Part shown: positions 12,788 through 23,345 of the stretch, piece by piece
Numbering within the stretch: the first letter of the stretch is position 1
Layout: the number at the start of each line of letters is the position of its first letter
Assembly: GCA_030704615.1 (NCBI GenBank)
Contig: CM060731.1
Location: forward strand, 70,246,001 to 70,310,000
Reading direction: 5' to 3'
DNA from: Takakia lepidozioides
Taxonomy: Eukaryota; Plantae; Bryophyta
Length of the DNA: 64,000 bases
Made by a program: the position numbers and the translations under genes
Notes under the pieces: generated by a model
What the model was told of the DNA's origin: nothing
The model's input: only the letters and a program-made list of their open reading frames with translations
The model's database searches: none

Positions 12788-13513
12788 TGTCGCGGCCCTT
12801 TGCCTTGAGGGCAGGGGGTCGGGACACAAGAGGGGCTGCCCCTGTGGTGGGGGCAGTGGCAGCGATAGGTATGGGGGGCTGAAGCACCCTTGAGTGCCCA
12901 AAGCACTCAAGGAGGCGGAGGCGCTCACTAGGTGGAGCCCCGCACACCGGGTTGCGGTGGGGGTGGCTCCACAAGGGGTGGTGGTAGCTTAGCGGGACTT
13001 AGTGGGGGTGGCATAGGACTCACCCTGGGGCGGAGACCTCATGGTGGGAGTCGTGGGGAGTCTTGGGACTCATCACGGTCCATAGGGGCCGTGGTGGGTG
13101 GACCAACACTCACCACAACTCATCACCGGGAGTCGAGGGTGTTCGTGGTGGTTCGCCATAAAATGGCATGGTTGTTTGTGAAACCCCCGCGGACGGCTAC
13201 AGAAGTATATATAGGGAGTAGTAACCCCGAGAACGGTGCAAGCCCGTTGGTGACCAAAAGCTAGTGAGTAAGCGAGCGAGCCGGAAAGCGACCAAAGAGT
13301 GGGGAGCTGTTCCGGACTGCCAACTACCAAAGGGAATTCCGCTGGTTCTAAATCGTTGGAGGGTTCTTTGGGAGATCAGGGGGGGGACCGTTATGTCCCG
13401 GTGAGCAGCCGAAGCTCCAAGTTGGCCCGTCGGCCAGGTTGGGAGTTAGGCGCGCGCATCAAGCGAGTAGCTATGACTTGAGGGGGGGGCTTACCGAAGT
13501 GAGGTGCGCGACA
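12788..13513 (+). mobile_element. 5' LTR of a Ty3/Gypsy element (726 bp)
   Basis: Ends are TGTCGCG...CGCGACA (inverted termini). TATATATA lies at ~13206, and a tRNA-iMet PBS follows immediately. Confidence 0.9.
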
Positions 13514-13515
13514 CT

Positions 13516-13527
13516 TGGTATCAGAGC
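13516..13527 (+). promoter_or_regulatory. primer-binding site complementary to initiator tRNA-Met
   Basis: TGGTATCAGAGC starts 2 nt after the LTR's terminal CA. Confidence 0.9.
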
Positions 13528-13568
13528 TTAGAGTTCAGTACGCGATCGTCCTTGGGATTGGCCTCATC

Positions 13569-14597
13569 ATGGGGTCGGACAAGCCAAAGCGAAAGCGGAA
13601 CGGCCCAAAAGATGATGATTCTGGTGAGCCCGATGGGGGCGACGTGTCACCGAGGCGGCCGTTTGAGGAAGCGATGCATGTTTCTGAAAATGAGGCCGCT
13701 CAAGAGCGGGAGGAATTTGAGGAGTCGGAGCCTGAGGAATCCTTGAGAGCTCCGATTGACCAACAGATGCCTCCCATGCCGGCAGCCTTTTGGGAAGGGT
13801 TGTTGGCGCAATTTGGCGGGACGTTGAAAGACGTGTTGAAGGCGGCTAATACCGCTTCCACTAAGGCAAAGTTTAAGGTGAAGCCGAAGGAATCCGACAC
13901 CTTCGAGGGCGTCCGAAATCGGAAGGCACTCAACACCTTGCTCTTGGAGCTGGAGCAGTACTTCCGGGCGGCCAAGTTGAGTGACGAGGATCGGGTGGAA
14001 GTGGCTCCCACCTATTTGAGGGGCTATGCTCAACAATGGTGGCAGAAACGCCTTCACGACCGAGGTCCAAGCCCGGAAACCTTGAACTGGAGTGGGTTCA
14101 AGGAATTGATGAAGAGGCAGTTTGTGCCCCTCAACGCGTCCTGGCTCGCCCTGGACAAGATGAGGAATTTGAAGCAAACAGATGACATTCGGGGATATGT
14201 CCAGGTTTTCAACGTGCTGTTGCTCGAAGTCGCGGACATAGCAGAACTAGAAATGGTCTTCAACTTTGTGGCGGGACTGGCCCCATGGGCCAGACGGAAG
14301 TTGGAGGAGAAGCCACCTAAGACTTTGAACGAGGCAATTGAGAGGGCTGAATGTTTCTCGGATGTCCCTAAGGGTGAAAGACAAGGCCGTACGGAGCTGA
14401 ACCACAAGAAGACCCGGCGGGAAGGTGATTCCTTTCGACCGGAAAAGAAGTGGGATAGGCCACGCGGCGACAATGGCACATGGAAATCGAAGGGAGGGCC
14501 TTCACAAGTCAAGGCGGCACCCGATGCTTTGAAAGGAAAAGCGGGTGGAGCGGCTTATGGCGGACAGAAGGCGACCTTTGATGGAGTGTGTTTCAAT
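13569..14597 (+). mobile_element. gag: Ty3/Gypsy gag, truncated inside the zinc knuckle
   Basis: Retrotrans_gag motifs DTFEG, LEQYF, YLRGYAQQWW, WSGFKELMKRQF, LKQTDDIRGYV, FVAGL. The frame breaks at FDGVCFN, the first Cys of CX2CX4HX4C, where composition turns abruptly C/A-rich. Confidence 0.9.
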
Positions 14598-17100
14598 ATA
14601 TGCCCGCACACTTGGTACACAACTCCTAGAAGCTCTCAACGGCCCGGGTCGTCTAGGGCTCATTTTTCAAGGACTACTCAAGCACCTTGCCTCCAAATAC
14701 AACGGGCTATACTCCCTCCCCACCCTCCACCCCCAATCCTGCCTCCACTCACCCACCGCCCGCACCCTCTCTTTGTTGCGCCAAATGAAAATAAGCATCC
14801 AAATTGATCTTCCTGGCTATCCCACCTCCATATCACCACTTGAACGCACATGGAACAATAGCCCCTCTTCCTCACAATCACTGGTTGTCGCCCTTGAAAA
14901 ATCACATCCTAAACAGAAAAAACACATCCTCGCCTATTTCAAAGCTCGACATATCACTAACCTTGCCCAACTCACCACTGCGGATGGACACCGGCTCCTA
15001 ACCTCAAGTCAATTCACATTAAAACACTCACGGGCCACGATGAAGACACGTCGCTACCTACTCCATTTGTGTCTCCTCTTTTGTCACCCATCTGCCTCCT
15101 ACACCTTACAATGTGATATGCCATGCAAGCTCTACCCGCACAATATCCAAGACCTCCTCCCGGAATACAGAACAGCACCACCCCCATCAATACTACAACT
15201 ACTTAAAGCATCTCAAAACCCCCCAGTCTATACCCCCCGGGCTCCCCCTCCCACCCCCCTCACCGCACCTCCCTGTATGTTACCGACATCACCTAACACA
15301 CATCAACAATCACCCCCTATATCCCAATTGTCGCCCACTCCACCACCGTACCCCCACCTACCAGACCCAAACCACCCCGAGGCCTTCGTCATTGAAGCTA
15401 TCCTCAGCATCAAAACCCAAACATCACTTGACGCCTTCGAAGCGATATGTGTTGATACATACTATTTGTGTAAATGGGAGGGATTCCTAGCAGAAAATAA
15501 TACATGGCAAATTGAAGACGACCTCTTTGGATCATATGACGACTGCGACCCAGTTCATAACCGCACTTTCCTCATCAGATTCCACAAAACCACAGACACC
15601 ACCTATCTAAGGCACACCCACCAACATCATGTCTCGCAAACCCAACCCATTGACACTCGCTACATCAGCCAACCACTAGCCACTCCTAATATACAAGTAC
15701 ATATCACCGAATGCAATCCAAACAAAGATATTATGCCCGGCCACCCATTAATATGCCCCAGCACCTCACGATCCAACATTTACACAATCAATGGTAGTTT
15801 TGCCGGATCCATTCCCAATGTCCGGCTTGCCTGGCTTTGGTATAAATATTCCACCTCTGACACACATAATAACCAGCTACAGCCTCCAAAACAAGACTTT
15901 GCCACAGAGGTCAGCTGGCTTCTTAACTGATACCTAGGCGATACCCCAACTAAGAAGCCCCGTAACCTCAACAAACTGGCACAAACCTACTCCCATACTA
16001 CCCTCCCCTCAGACATCCTCAAACTCCTCATCGCCTCATTTCTCCAGCCCACTAACCTGCCCCATGGAGCTCTCCACATACAACAGCCCACATCCACGTG
16101 ATCGTATATTCGGTGCTTTAGGAACTGCTACCCAACACACATGGACAGGAGGAGGCCTCGCTCACCTGCCCGTAGGGCCACTTGCACATGATGCCCTTCA
16201 ATGGGCCGCCAGGCTACACACTCCTCCCCTTCCACCTAAACCATCCTCATCCTAACTCAACAAAAAATGCCTAACCATCACCACCCCCTTCTACAACTCC
16301 CTCCTGACATTACTCCTTTGGTGGCCATTGAACCCAAACAACTTCGATACATACGCAACCCACCCTTCCCTAAATACCTACGGCACAAAGAACCCACTCT
16401 AATCCTAATCCTGTTAGTCCACAACGCTTCCCACACCCATATACCTATAGACTTCTCTTCCCACCTTAAACTGTTACGGTCTGACACTCACAGCATGGCT
16501 ATCGCATCCTTTCCAACGCCACCTTTACACGCCCCATCTCGATCCCCCTACAGACCAAAAACAAACAACATGGATTCCGACCCCTGCTCGCCCTATCCCA
16601 TCATTCAATATCACCCATGTTGGAGCACCTCAATTCATCTAGGCCCTACCGCTTTAAAATACCCCTCAGCACATGCACACTACACAAATGGCTCCCAAGC
16701 TGGCTCCTAGGCCAGATATAGAGTCTATCACGTGGCCACTAACACTGGTACAGCCCACCGACTTCCGGGCCCCGCAACCATACTACGTGCCGAACTTATG
16801 GCCATCTACGGAGCCCTCTCCCAGCTACACGCATTCCCCTCACCATACTATATTTTTACAGATAGCTTAACTTCGTTCTTTCTCCTGCGAAACCACATAG
16901 CCAGCGCATCCTCCCACCATCACCACCCAGATCGTAATCTTATCTTAGCAATCATCACTTTAGCCATCTCAATCAACCAACCCATTCAATTTCTTAAAGT
17001 ACGCTCACATACCGGAATCAACGGGAACGAGGCTAACCTCCTTGCCCAACTAGGGGCCTGCAAACCCCTAGTAGAACCCCACAACCTCGGCCGGAGTCTT
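14597..17100 (+). mobile_element. 5'-truncated non-LTR retrotransposon (RTE-X/L1-like) 3' half: post-RT region, chromodomain, PCIF1-like MTase remnant, RNase H
   Basis: Post-RT-like LLEALNGPGRLG. Chromodomain FVIEAIL...YYLCKWEGFLAENNTWQIEDDL (15385-15525). FSSPLTCP...YNSP..RDRIFGALG...WTGGGLAH (16040-16170). RNase H YTNGS, RAELMAI, IFTDS, KVRSHTGINGNE (16680-17060). Stops and frameshifts are present. Confidence 0.8.
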
Positions 17101-17227
17101 CTCTCTAGTATACCATTACCTATAAAGATAAAAATATATCTGAACAAATATCTTTAATTATATTTTTTTCATGGACTTTCAGTGGAGGGCACATCTGCCG
17201 CTTTTGAGCAGTGTAGTTGACACTTAC

Positions 17228-17372
17228 CCTTGACCATCTACCCACGCAGATTTTTTGTAGCTATTGATCCACAAGGAATCAGAAGTAATCTTGTGTTTCA
17301 AATCCGGCCTTCTTGGATGAATCTAGACCTCTATCCTGGTCCTTCAGCTATCCCTGCCTGTGTACAAATCCT
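17228..17372 (-). pseudogene. isolated OSB-type PDF-motif exon (copy of the 49.9-52.3 kb locus)
   Basis: AG|IHPRRPDLKHKITSDSLWINSYKKSAWVDGQ; nucleotide-level match to 51310-51420. Confidence 0.75.
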
Positions 17373-17569
17373 CGGGGGGGCCACTCCCTATATTTTTTAT
17401 ATATCATGTGCAAAAAAATGGTACTTTGTATGGGGGTATTATTTTAATTTTGGTCTTTATCGGCCACCCTATACTTACATAATTTTGTAAAATGCTGGAT
17501 TTTTTGACAGGCTATGTTAACTATATTTTACTGTTATTAGCAAATTTCAGGCACGCTATGGTAACAATA

Positions 17570-17900
17570 CAATTTAAAAAAAAATTACAGTAGAAAATAG
17601 TTCATTACTTGGTTGAAACAAACTAGCATTCAAGCTGTAAGTGCCATTCTGAACTTGGTCAAAAGTCATATTAACTGAACTAATGATTGAATCTATGTCT
17701 ATCCATTTACTATCTGTTACATCATACTTGAATTTAAGGTGCCCTCTAGATTTCAAGAAATAATTTAAGATGACCATTACTGTTGTCGTTGGTTTATTGA
17801 AAAGATATACCGGCTGCAGAAATATCCTCCATCCTAAACTCAAACTCCCTTGTGAACCAAGTGTCATCAATAGTTAAAGTCCCCAAATCCAAATCTAGCC
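17570..17900 (-). mobile_element. second fragment of the C-terminal domain of the P-like transposase family
   Basis: LQPVYLFNKP...KFKYDVTDSKWIDIDSIISSVNMTFD...YSLNA aligns with DPIDLLNRP...YSYDLTD...YELDPND at ~11210-11400. Confidence 0.5.
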
Positions 17901-18129
17901 TACATGATAAACGAGTAGCTAGACAATACATGTCCCAAATATTTATGAGGACCCTATTGGTAGTTGTATATATATATATATACCCTATATTCATTTAAAT
18001 TCCAAAACCATGATATATTGGTATACTTTTTTATTTGCAGATGTTTTCTAAATTTTATCTACAACGAATATATTGTACCATATTTTTTTTGCACATAGTT
18101 TCGGAATATTTGGAAGTGCCCCCCCTACC

Positions 18130-19160
18130 CCGAGTACAAATCATGAATACATCCTCAGCCTTGCTGCTAGCAGCTGACACTGACGGCCTGAAGTTCTTCC
18201 AGCAAACAACCCAACCGTAATTAATGCTGAGAGGGTAAAACAGACTGAAAATAGGTAATGGAAGAAGGTGCCCTCGCCACATTGTCCTTGACTTTGTGTC
18301 ATGGCCCATGGAGGATTTAACTAACTATCAGCTCTTGATCAACATTGAGAATGCAGACACCAAGCAATGCCACAATATTTGGTCAAAATCACTCCAACAC
18401 CACCATAGATCCACCAATGAGCTAACTTGCAGCATAATTCATCATGAAAATTTAGGGACGACTCTGATGACAGGGAAAAACAGGCTGAAATGTGTTGAAG
18501 AAGGTGCCTTCATTAGCAGTCACGCCTTGTTCTATTACCGCTGCTGTTTCTAGCTGACCATCTACCCCACATATTTCTTGTACCCATTGATCCACAGAGA
18601 ATAAGAAGTAATCTTGTGTTTGAAATCCGGCCCTCTTGGATGAATCTAGACTTCTATCCCTATCCCTGCCTGTGTACACCTCATGAATACTTGCTGCTAG
18701 CAGCTGACATTGATGGCGTGAAGGTCTTCCAACAAACACCCCAACCATAATTATTACAGTAGTTCCAATTCAGAATTGCATATGCTTCTCTGTAGTCCAA
18801 CAGACACTCACCTCTTTGCCTCCAATGTCCCGTGATTGACTGGGGTCGGAAGTGTTCATTCTAGAGCTTCTTCTCATCTCTGTTATCTGTTTTTGGATAC
18901 TTTCCTGCTGCCACATCCGCAGTAACTTGTCAAAGTCACTCCAAACCACCACAAATCCACCCAACAAACTAACTTACAGAATTCAATATGCATCTCAGGG
19001 CCGAGTCTGATGAGAGGGAAAAACAGGCTGAAATAGGTCAAAGAAGAAGGTGCCCTCACCACAATATTGTCCATGACCTTGTGTCATGACCCATGGAAGA
19101 TTTGACCGACCATCAACCCAAAAGGACCTCTTGTGTGTGCTGCTTGTGTCTATAGTGCCA
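18130..19160 (-). pseudogene. scrambled duplicate of the PDF-motif locus
   Basis: Contains YRHKQHTQEVL/WVDGRSNLPW (19090-19155), GKYPKTDNRDEKKL*..DPSQ..K-E|GT (18810-18905), IHPRGPDFKHKIT (18600-18645) and three copies of the GTFF..FQPVFP linker. All match 51200-52290. Confidence 0.8.
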
Positions 19161-19917
19161 ATTTTTTCTTGGTGAATAATTTTTGTATTGTCATTCGTAG
19201 TAGTCTCTATGCTAATATGTGAAAGTAGTCACATTTCATTTTGTATCGCCCACGAAATTGTTGGCCAAGAATGATCTACTGCAACAATCACATAAAATTT
19301 CATTAGCAAACTAAATCAAACTGATGTCAAGTGACACCTCACCAACAAGGAAAGTCATCTAGTTTTCCTTAATACAATCCTGGATTTTTTATTTATTTAT
19401 TTTGCTGACGAAACCCATGGTGTGCTTTACTACATTAAATTGTTGAATTAACTATTTTGGATATTTGTGTGTTTTGGATGGTGTTGGTATTTGTGACTTT
19501 GTTTTCCCTATTGTGTTATTCTTTTGCAGAATACTAATTTGTAAATATATAGAACTTGGAACTTGTAAATACATAGTAAAAGAGCTTATTCTCGTGTATG
19601 AACCCTATGTCTGTCCTTCATATTCTACTTTCCATGGAAACATGGGTATCCAATTGCCGCTGTGTGTGCTCACGCCTCCATTTTTCTGCACTCCCACAAG
19701 AGGCGATGTACTCACATTCTACCAACCCCCACGGAAACTACCCAACACAAGGGGGATCAGAAGGAAAAGACTGGAAGCCAAAGAAACCAATGCAATAGAG
19801 AGACAATAGCAAAAAGAAGCCTAGAATGGGCAGCCCGACTTTGACGGGCAGAAAAGGCAACAAAACAGATAGTCACACAAATAAAAACATATATTTTTAA
19901 TCACACAGACTATATAT

Positions 19918-20482
19918 ATATAAGATGCCAACCGAAGTTAGCGTAAATAAGAGCCTCTTTCCCAAGAAAGCAGTCCTGCCCTCTTTTGGGGGCGGCCTCT
20001 ATAAATACAGACTAAACTAAACTAGAGCAGCTCATGTTGCCGAAGTCCATAGGAGCTTTGGTCCGTTCTTCCAGTGGGCCTCCAATTCATCTCCGGGTGC
20101 TTATTTGGTTCGTGTTTATGTTTTTTTTTGGGGCCCTACGCCTGCAAAGCCCACCACTTATTAACTAGTAAGTGGTAACTTAGTAAGTACTAGGCATGGG
20201 CTCTTGTTTATACACCCTCTCATGGCGGTGGGACCCTTCTAGAAGGTCGCCCTATGAAACGTGTGAGCCCTAGAAATCGGCATGCCACACCTTCTTACCC
20301 AATTTGCAGCTTGAACCCTCCCCCATTTAATAGCTGTCAGCTTCATGCCTTATTTTTTTCTTAAACCCCTTACATGACGGTTACTAATTCAAGTCGTGGT
20401 GTAGCTTACACTATCACCCGCTTTTTAATTCCTGGACCACTCTCTAATCCTCACACCCCCCTTCAAACCTGGGCGTCTTATT
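19918..20482 (-). mobile_element. solo-LTR-like repeat, copy 2
   Basis: Homologous to 5030-5822 at both ends and internally. Confidence 0.6.
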
Positions 20483-21244
20483 GGGGATCTCCCATTTCCA
20501 CGCGAATAGAATCATGCCATTGGATGCGTGAGTCCATGTGAGTATGATAAGCGGGAGCAGATAAGCTCACCTTTGCCCTAGGAACTGGACCAATCAAGGT
20601 CCCCCTTCTTGGGATATTGGAGTAATATATATAATTTTTAAAATAATAAAAAGGGAATTTGAGATCAAATGTATTATTACATCACCTCTAAGTACACACA
20701 AGCATGGTGGCAGTTGTCGCATGTATGAAACAAGAGACCATATATAGTATGAATAGTCAAAAGTTTTTTAGCACAAATTTCCAAGTCAAAATTTTGAACT
20801 GTCCACTTGTTTGTAAGGACGACTTTTCTGCTTTTATTAGAGCAAATTTTTGTACAAAGTACAGAGATAGCCTGAAGGCACTAAAATTGGAGTTATGTAT
20901 CGTTTTAAACTCAATGAGATCTAACAAATTCTTTCAGTGTACCAGGTTCCAGGGGCACTCCCAATCAACCACCCCCACGTTTGCAACCTCGTTGGTCTAA
21001 AAATGATATTATTGAAGGGCGGCCCACTGAATAGCGATTATAAGGGTCCCCATGGAACGGCCCCCTCGTGTTTTGGAAGGGTGATTTCTTCTAAATTAAA
21101 CAAACTACCTTTGCTTCATATATTTGATTGGAGTTTTAGTCTACCTTTTACTTAGAGGAAACCAAAGCAATTTGCAGCTCCTCCTTGTAAGGGGAGACTG
21201 GGCATCAACGCCAAAACCAGTTTGATCATGTTGGAGCCCTCGAA

Positions 21245-21560
21245 TTTTTCTATTATTATTATTATTTAAACAGGGGATAGAGGCCCTGGAAATTTTATTG
21301 AAGATTATTGAAGGGAAAAAATTAAACCCTTGCATGCCCGTAGGCTGCCATGATGCCTAAGCACACGGAGACCGTGTAGGAGATACCAATGGAACAGGAG
21401 CTGGGAGACTATGACCCTGAGACGGAAAGCGTAAGAAGAAATTTTTATCAATGAGGGGCAAAACAAAAAAAAAAACACCAAGGGGCCATAAAGCAAACAT
21501 GCCAAGGTGAGGCCGAACCGAGAGACACAAGACGTAATATTGAAATAGCTGTTACTCATG
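21245..21560 (-). mobile_element. 5'-truncated LINE 3' end with (TAA)n tail
   Basis: Minus strand CCAGGGCCTCTATCCCCTGTTT followed by (TAA)5; matches the L1 3' end at 4620-4650. Confidence 0.6.
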
Positions 21561-21934
21561 AGTTTTTCTACACCCACTGATGAAACACAATACATGAGAA
21601 AGTGACCATGTATATATATAATTTGCTAGATTTTAATGAAAAAACAACATAGCATTTTTTTTTTAAAGAAAAGAAAAAGGAAACCTGGGAGCATTCAGGC
21701 CCTTGAGGAGGGGGAAAAATTAAGCCCCTAGCCATTAGGCACACAGGTGGGAAACGTCACCACCAGACCAACCGGCCACGAACAACACACCAGGCAGGGC
21801 AGCAGGGCAACATAGCATTATACTAAGTTCTTATCTTCTAATCCTATAACAAAAAATGTTGTCATTCGAAGGACCGAAAAAAAAAACCACCACCATGCTT
21901 TTCTTCCACATATGTTAATTTTCAACTCTCTGTG

Positions 21935-22007
21935 CGACCATACTGGGGATCGAACCCAGAATCTCTGGTTCCGTAGACCAGCGCCTTATCCATTGGGCCA
22001 TACGGTC
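21935..22007 (-). tRNA. trnR-ACG: tRNA-Arg (ACG)
   Basis: GACCGTA-TGGCCCAATGGATAAGGC-G-CTGGT-CTACGGA-ACCAG-AGATT-CTGGG-TTCGATC-CCCAG-TATGGTC-G folds as a full 73-nt cloverleaf. A T-run terminator lies ~50 nt downstream. Confidence 0.97.
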
Positions 22008-23345
22008 ATAGAGCTACAATGTACATTTGAAGAGAGGTATAATAACTGAAGTAAAGCATCCACATACAACAAATGACCACGTTTTCCTCACAATAGTAGA
22101 GATTCTTCTGATTGTTTTATGAGCAAAACTTGACCAGAACCTGTGTGGTGCGCAGTGGGGAAGTTGAGTCTACCTCACATTGCACATACACTGATTTCTT
22201 AGGGATCGCAATCTTCGCAACCATGACTATCCTTTGATTCATTGATCAGCTGGTAGTGAAGTACTTGGACGCAATTGTGAACTCTTCTTCGCATCCAAAT
22301 TATATGCATGTACACACCACCACACCCAAACAAGTTGAAGGGATGTCTGTGAGAAGCTGGTACCTAGTACCTACATTTGCAGTAAATTCCTAGTTCTCTA
22401 CAGAGTTGTAGAAGCAGGCAATCATCTTCAAATCTGTCAATGTTTGCTCCATACTTGGTCGGACATACACATGACTCTGCAGTCTTTTCGACCAAACACT
22501 TCAACCAGCCACTCACCAATTCTGATGTAAGAGATTATAGATATATTACCAGGCCACGAGACTTGAAAGGCATAACCTCCAAGCTCATTAATTGAAAAAT
22601 ATGTGGAGTCATTGCATGAAAAATGACAACCCTCTCTCAGTTTGCCAAAATAGGCTGCAGTGTGTTATACTTCAGGGGTAGTCTAGAAAGGCTTCTAGCC
22701 AAAAGCAGTTCTCAATTTCGGTTGTTTTTGAAACGTCAAAAATCCCGGTCACATTACAGATAACTACTCTGAACACACAAAATACATAGATTTTGACACT
22801 ATATCATTAGGGAGCTAGAGCCATTCTAACCAATATTGCTGGGGTACCAAAGAGAACCCTCTCTCCACAGTTGAGCTCAGACACCACATTGCCTGATTTC
22901 GTACAACTCAGCCAGGACCGTCCTCGTGAGAGTGTCCAGTCTGGTGTCCAGCATCCATTCCCTGTGCACATGAAAAAGGGTTCCAAGGGGAGTTTTGGTT
23001 GAAGAAATCTAGCTGGCAGATATGGGGCGAAGAGGTACAACATGGAGACGAGTATACTTGGAATATCTTCATGGAGCTTAGCTCTTTGCCATGAAGGGAC
23101 ATAAGATACACTTGAACTGCAGCACTAGAAGGGATGCTGAAGAGCACAACTGAAATGCATCATGGCTGCCGCCTAGCCAAAGGAATAAACGGCCTTCAGC
23201 AGATCAGGCGACCCATTTCATACTTTCAACCCTCAAACAACCAAAGAATGTAGGCATGCACTAGAAAGCTAAGGTACTCAACCATTGCTGTGAATGGCTT
23301 CGGCACGGCCAGCTTGCCATGCCCTCGAAAGTATCATCACATGGC

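Noticed and set aside
13515-14807. 430-aa ORF as one real protein
   Set aside because: The last ~70 aa are out-of-frame read-through from gag into the inserted LINE.
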